A stretch of 64,000 bases of DNA, taken from a virus. Shown piece by piece: positions 63,486-64,000 of the stretch; position 1 is the stretch's first letter, and every line of letters begins with the position of its first letter. Both the position numbers and the translations under genes were made by a program. The stretch spans positions 1 through 64,000 of the IMG/VR virus record IMGVR_UViG_3300049811_000081; one strand, written 5' to 3'. The notes under the pieces were generated by a model. The model worked only from the letters and a program-made list of their open reading frames with translations, did no database searches and was not told where the DNA came from.

Positions 63486-64000
63486 ATCTAATAAATATCC
63501 CCATTATTTCTTTTTTTTGACACTTTTTAATTCATTATATGGGATATAATCAATTTCTGTTTCCCCTTCGGGTATATCCGATACCTCAACCTTTTTCTGG
63601 TCTGATAACCAAATAGAATAAATGAGAACTAAAAATAATGAAATCAATAAGACAGACAATAATAACGTCATTAAAATCCTCACACCAATATGTGGAGATT
63701 TTAAACCGGGTAAAATCACTAATTCAACTAAGATCAATGATGCAATACCAAACGAAATGGGGTTAATAATTTTCTTAAACATAAAGTGGTTTGTGTAACA
63801 ATCTAGTAATAAATAATTGTGTATTTGTAAATAGAAAAATCTTTTTATTTTTTTAAGAAAACTCGGTGCTCGATGATACCCTTAATCCATCGATATAGAT
63901 GTCATGGTATTTTTCATCATAGTGCATATCGTGTTCTTTACTAAAGGTCTGGGTATCCCATCCATCAACATACCAACTTAGTGCCATATCGATAAATTTA

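Noticed and set aside
1-64000. Alternative genetic code (TAG or TGA recoding, as in some large Bacteroidota phages)
   Set aside because: thyA, rtcB and the MTases are intact in code 11; TAG and TGA occur at natural gene ends and ATGA overlaps. The short ORFs are complete repeated domains, not fragments.

Overview
AT-rich (roughly 30% GC by eye), extremely gene-dense window of about 170 mostly short ORFs, almost all on the minus strand and often overlapping (ATGA / ATGNNTAA junctions). There are no rRNA, ribosomal or core cellular genes. It reads as the early/accessory region of a large (jumbo-type) dsDNA phage, using the standard genetic code. The host is probably Bacteroidota: there are TTTG-N19/20-TAnnTTTG promoters, A-rich leaders without Shine-Dalgarno sites, and a Bacteroidota-type lipoprotein. 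Recognisable genes include thyA with a free-standing GIY-YIG endonuclease, two DNA methyltransferases, RtcB, NADAR, SpoU, HD proteins, a metallophosphoesterase, a DEDD exonuclease, a cyclic-phosphate receiver domain, four YopX proteins, a DnaA-domain-IV protein and several DUFs. The stand-out feature is a ~9 kb head-to-tail array (1789-10823) of 37 intact plus 1 truncated diversified paralogues of one small helical protein: S[ND]EELIMEFIKExR - variable loop - LYxELxxRGL - FxxIYxxLYG - variable tail. Other notable items are a candidate ~200-nt structured ncRNA with its own promoter (58549-58752), an origin-like repeat region (1285-1690), a lipoprotein/bacteriocin-like plus immunity-like gene pair, and several ~30-bp duplications of gene segments. 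All family assignments come from motif recognition by eye; no searches were run.
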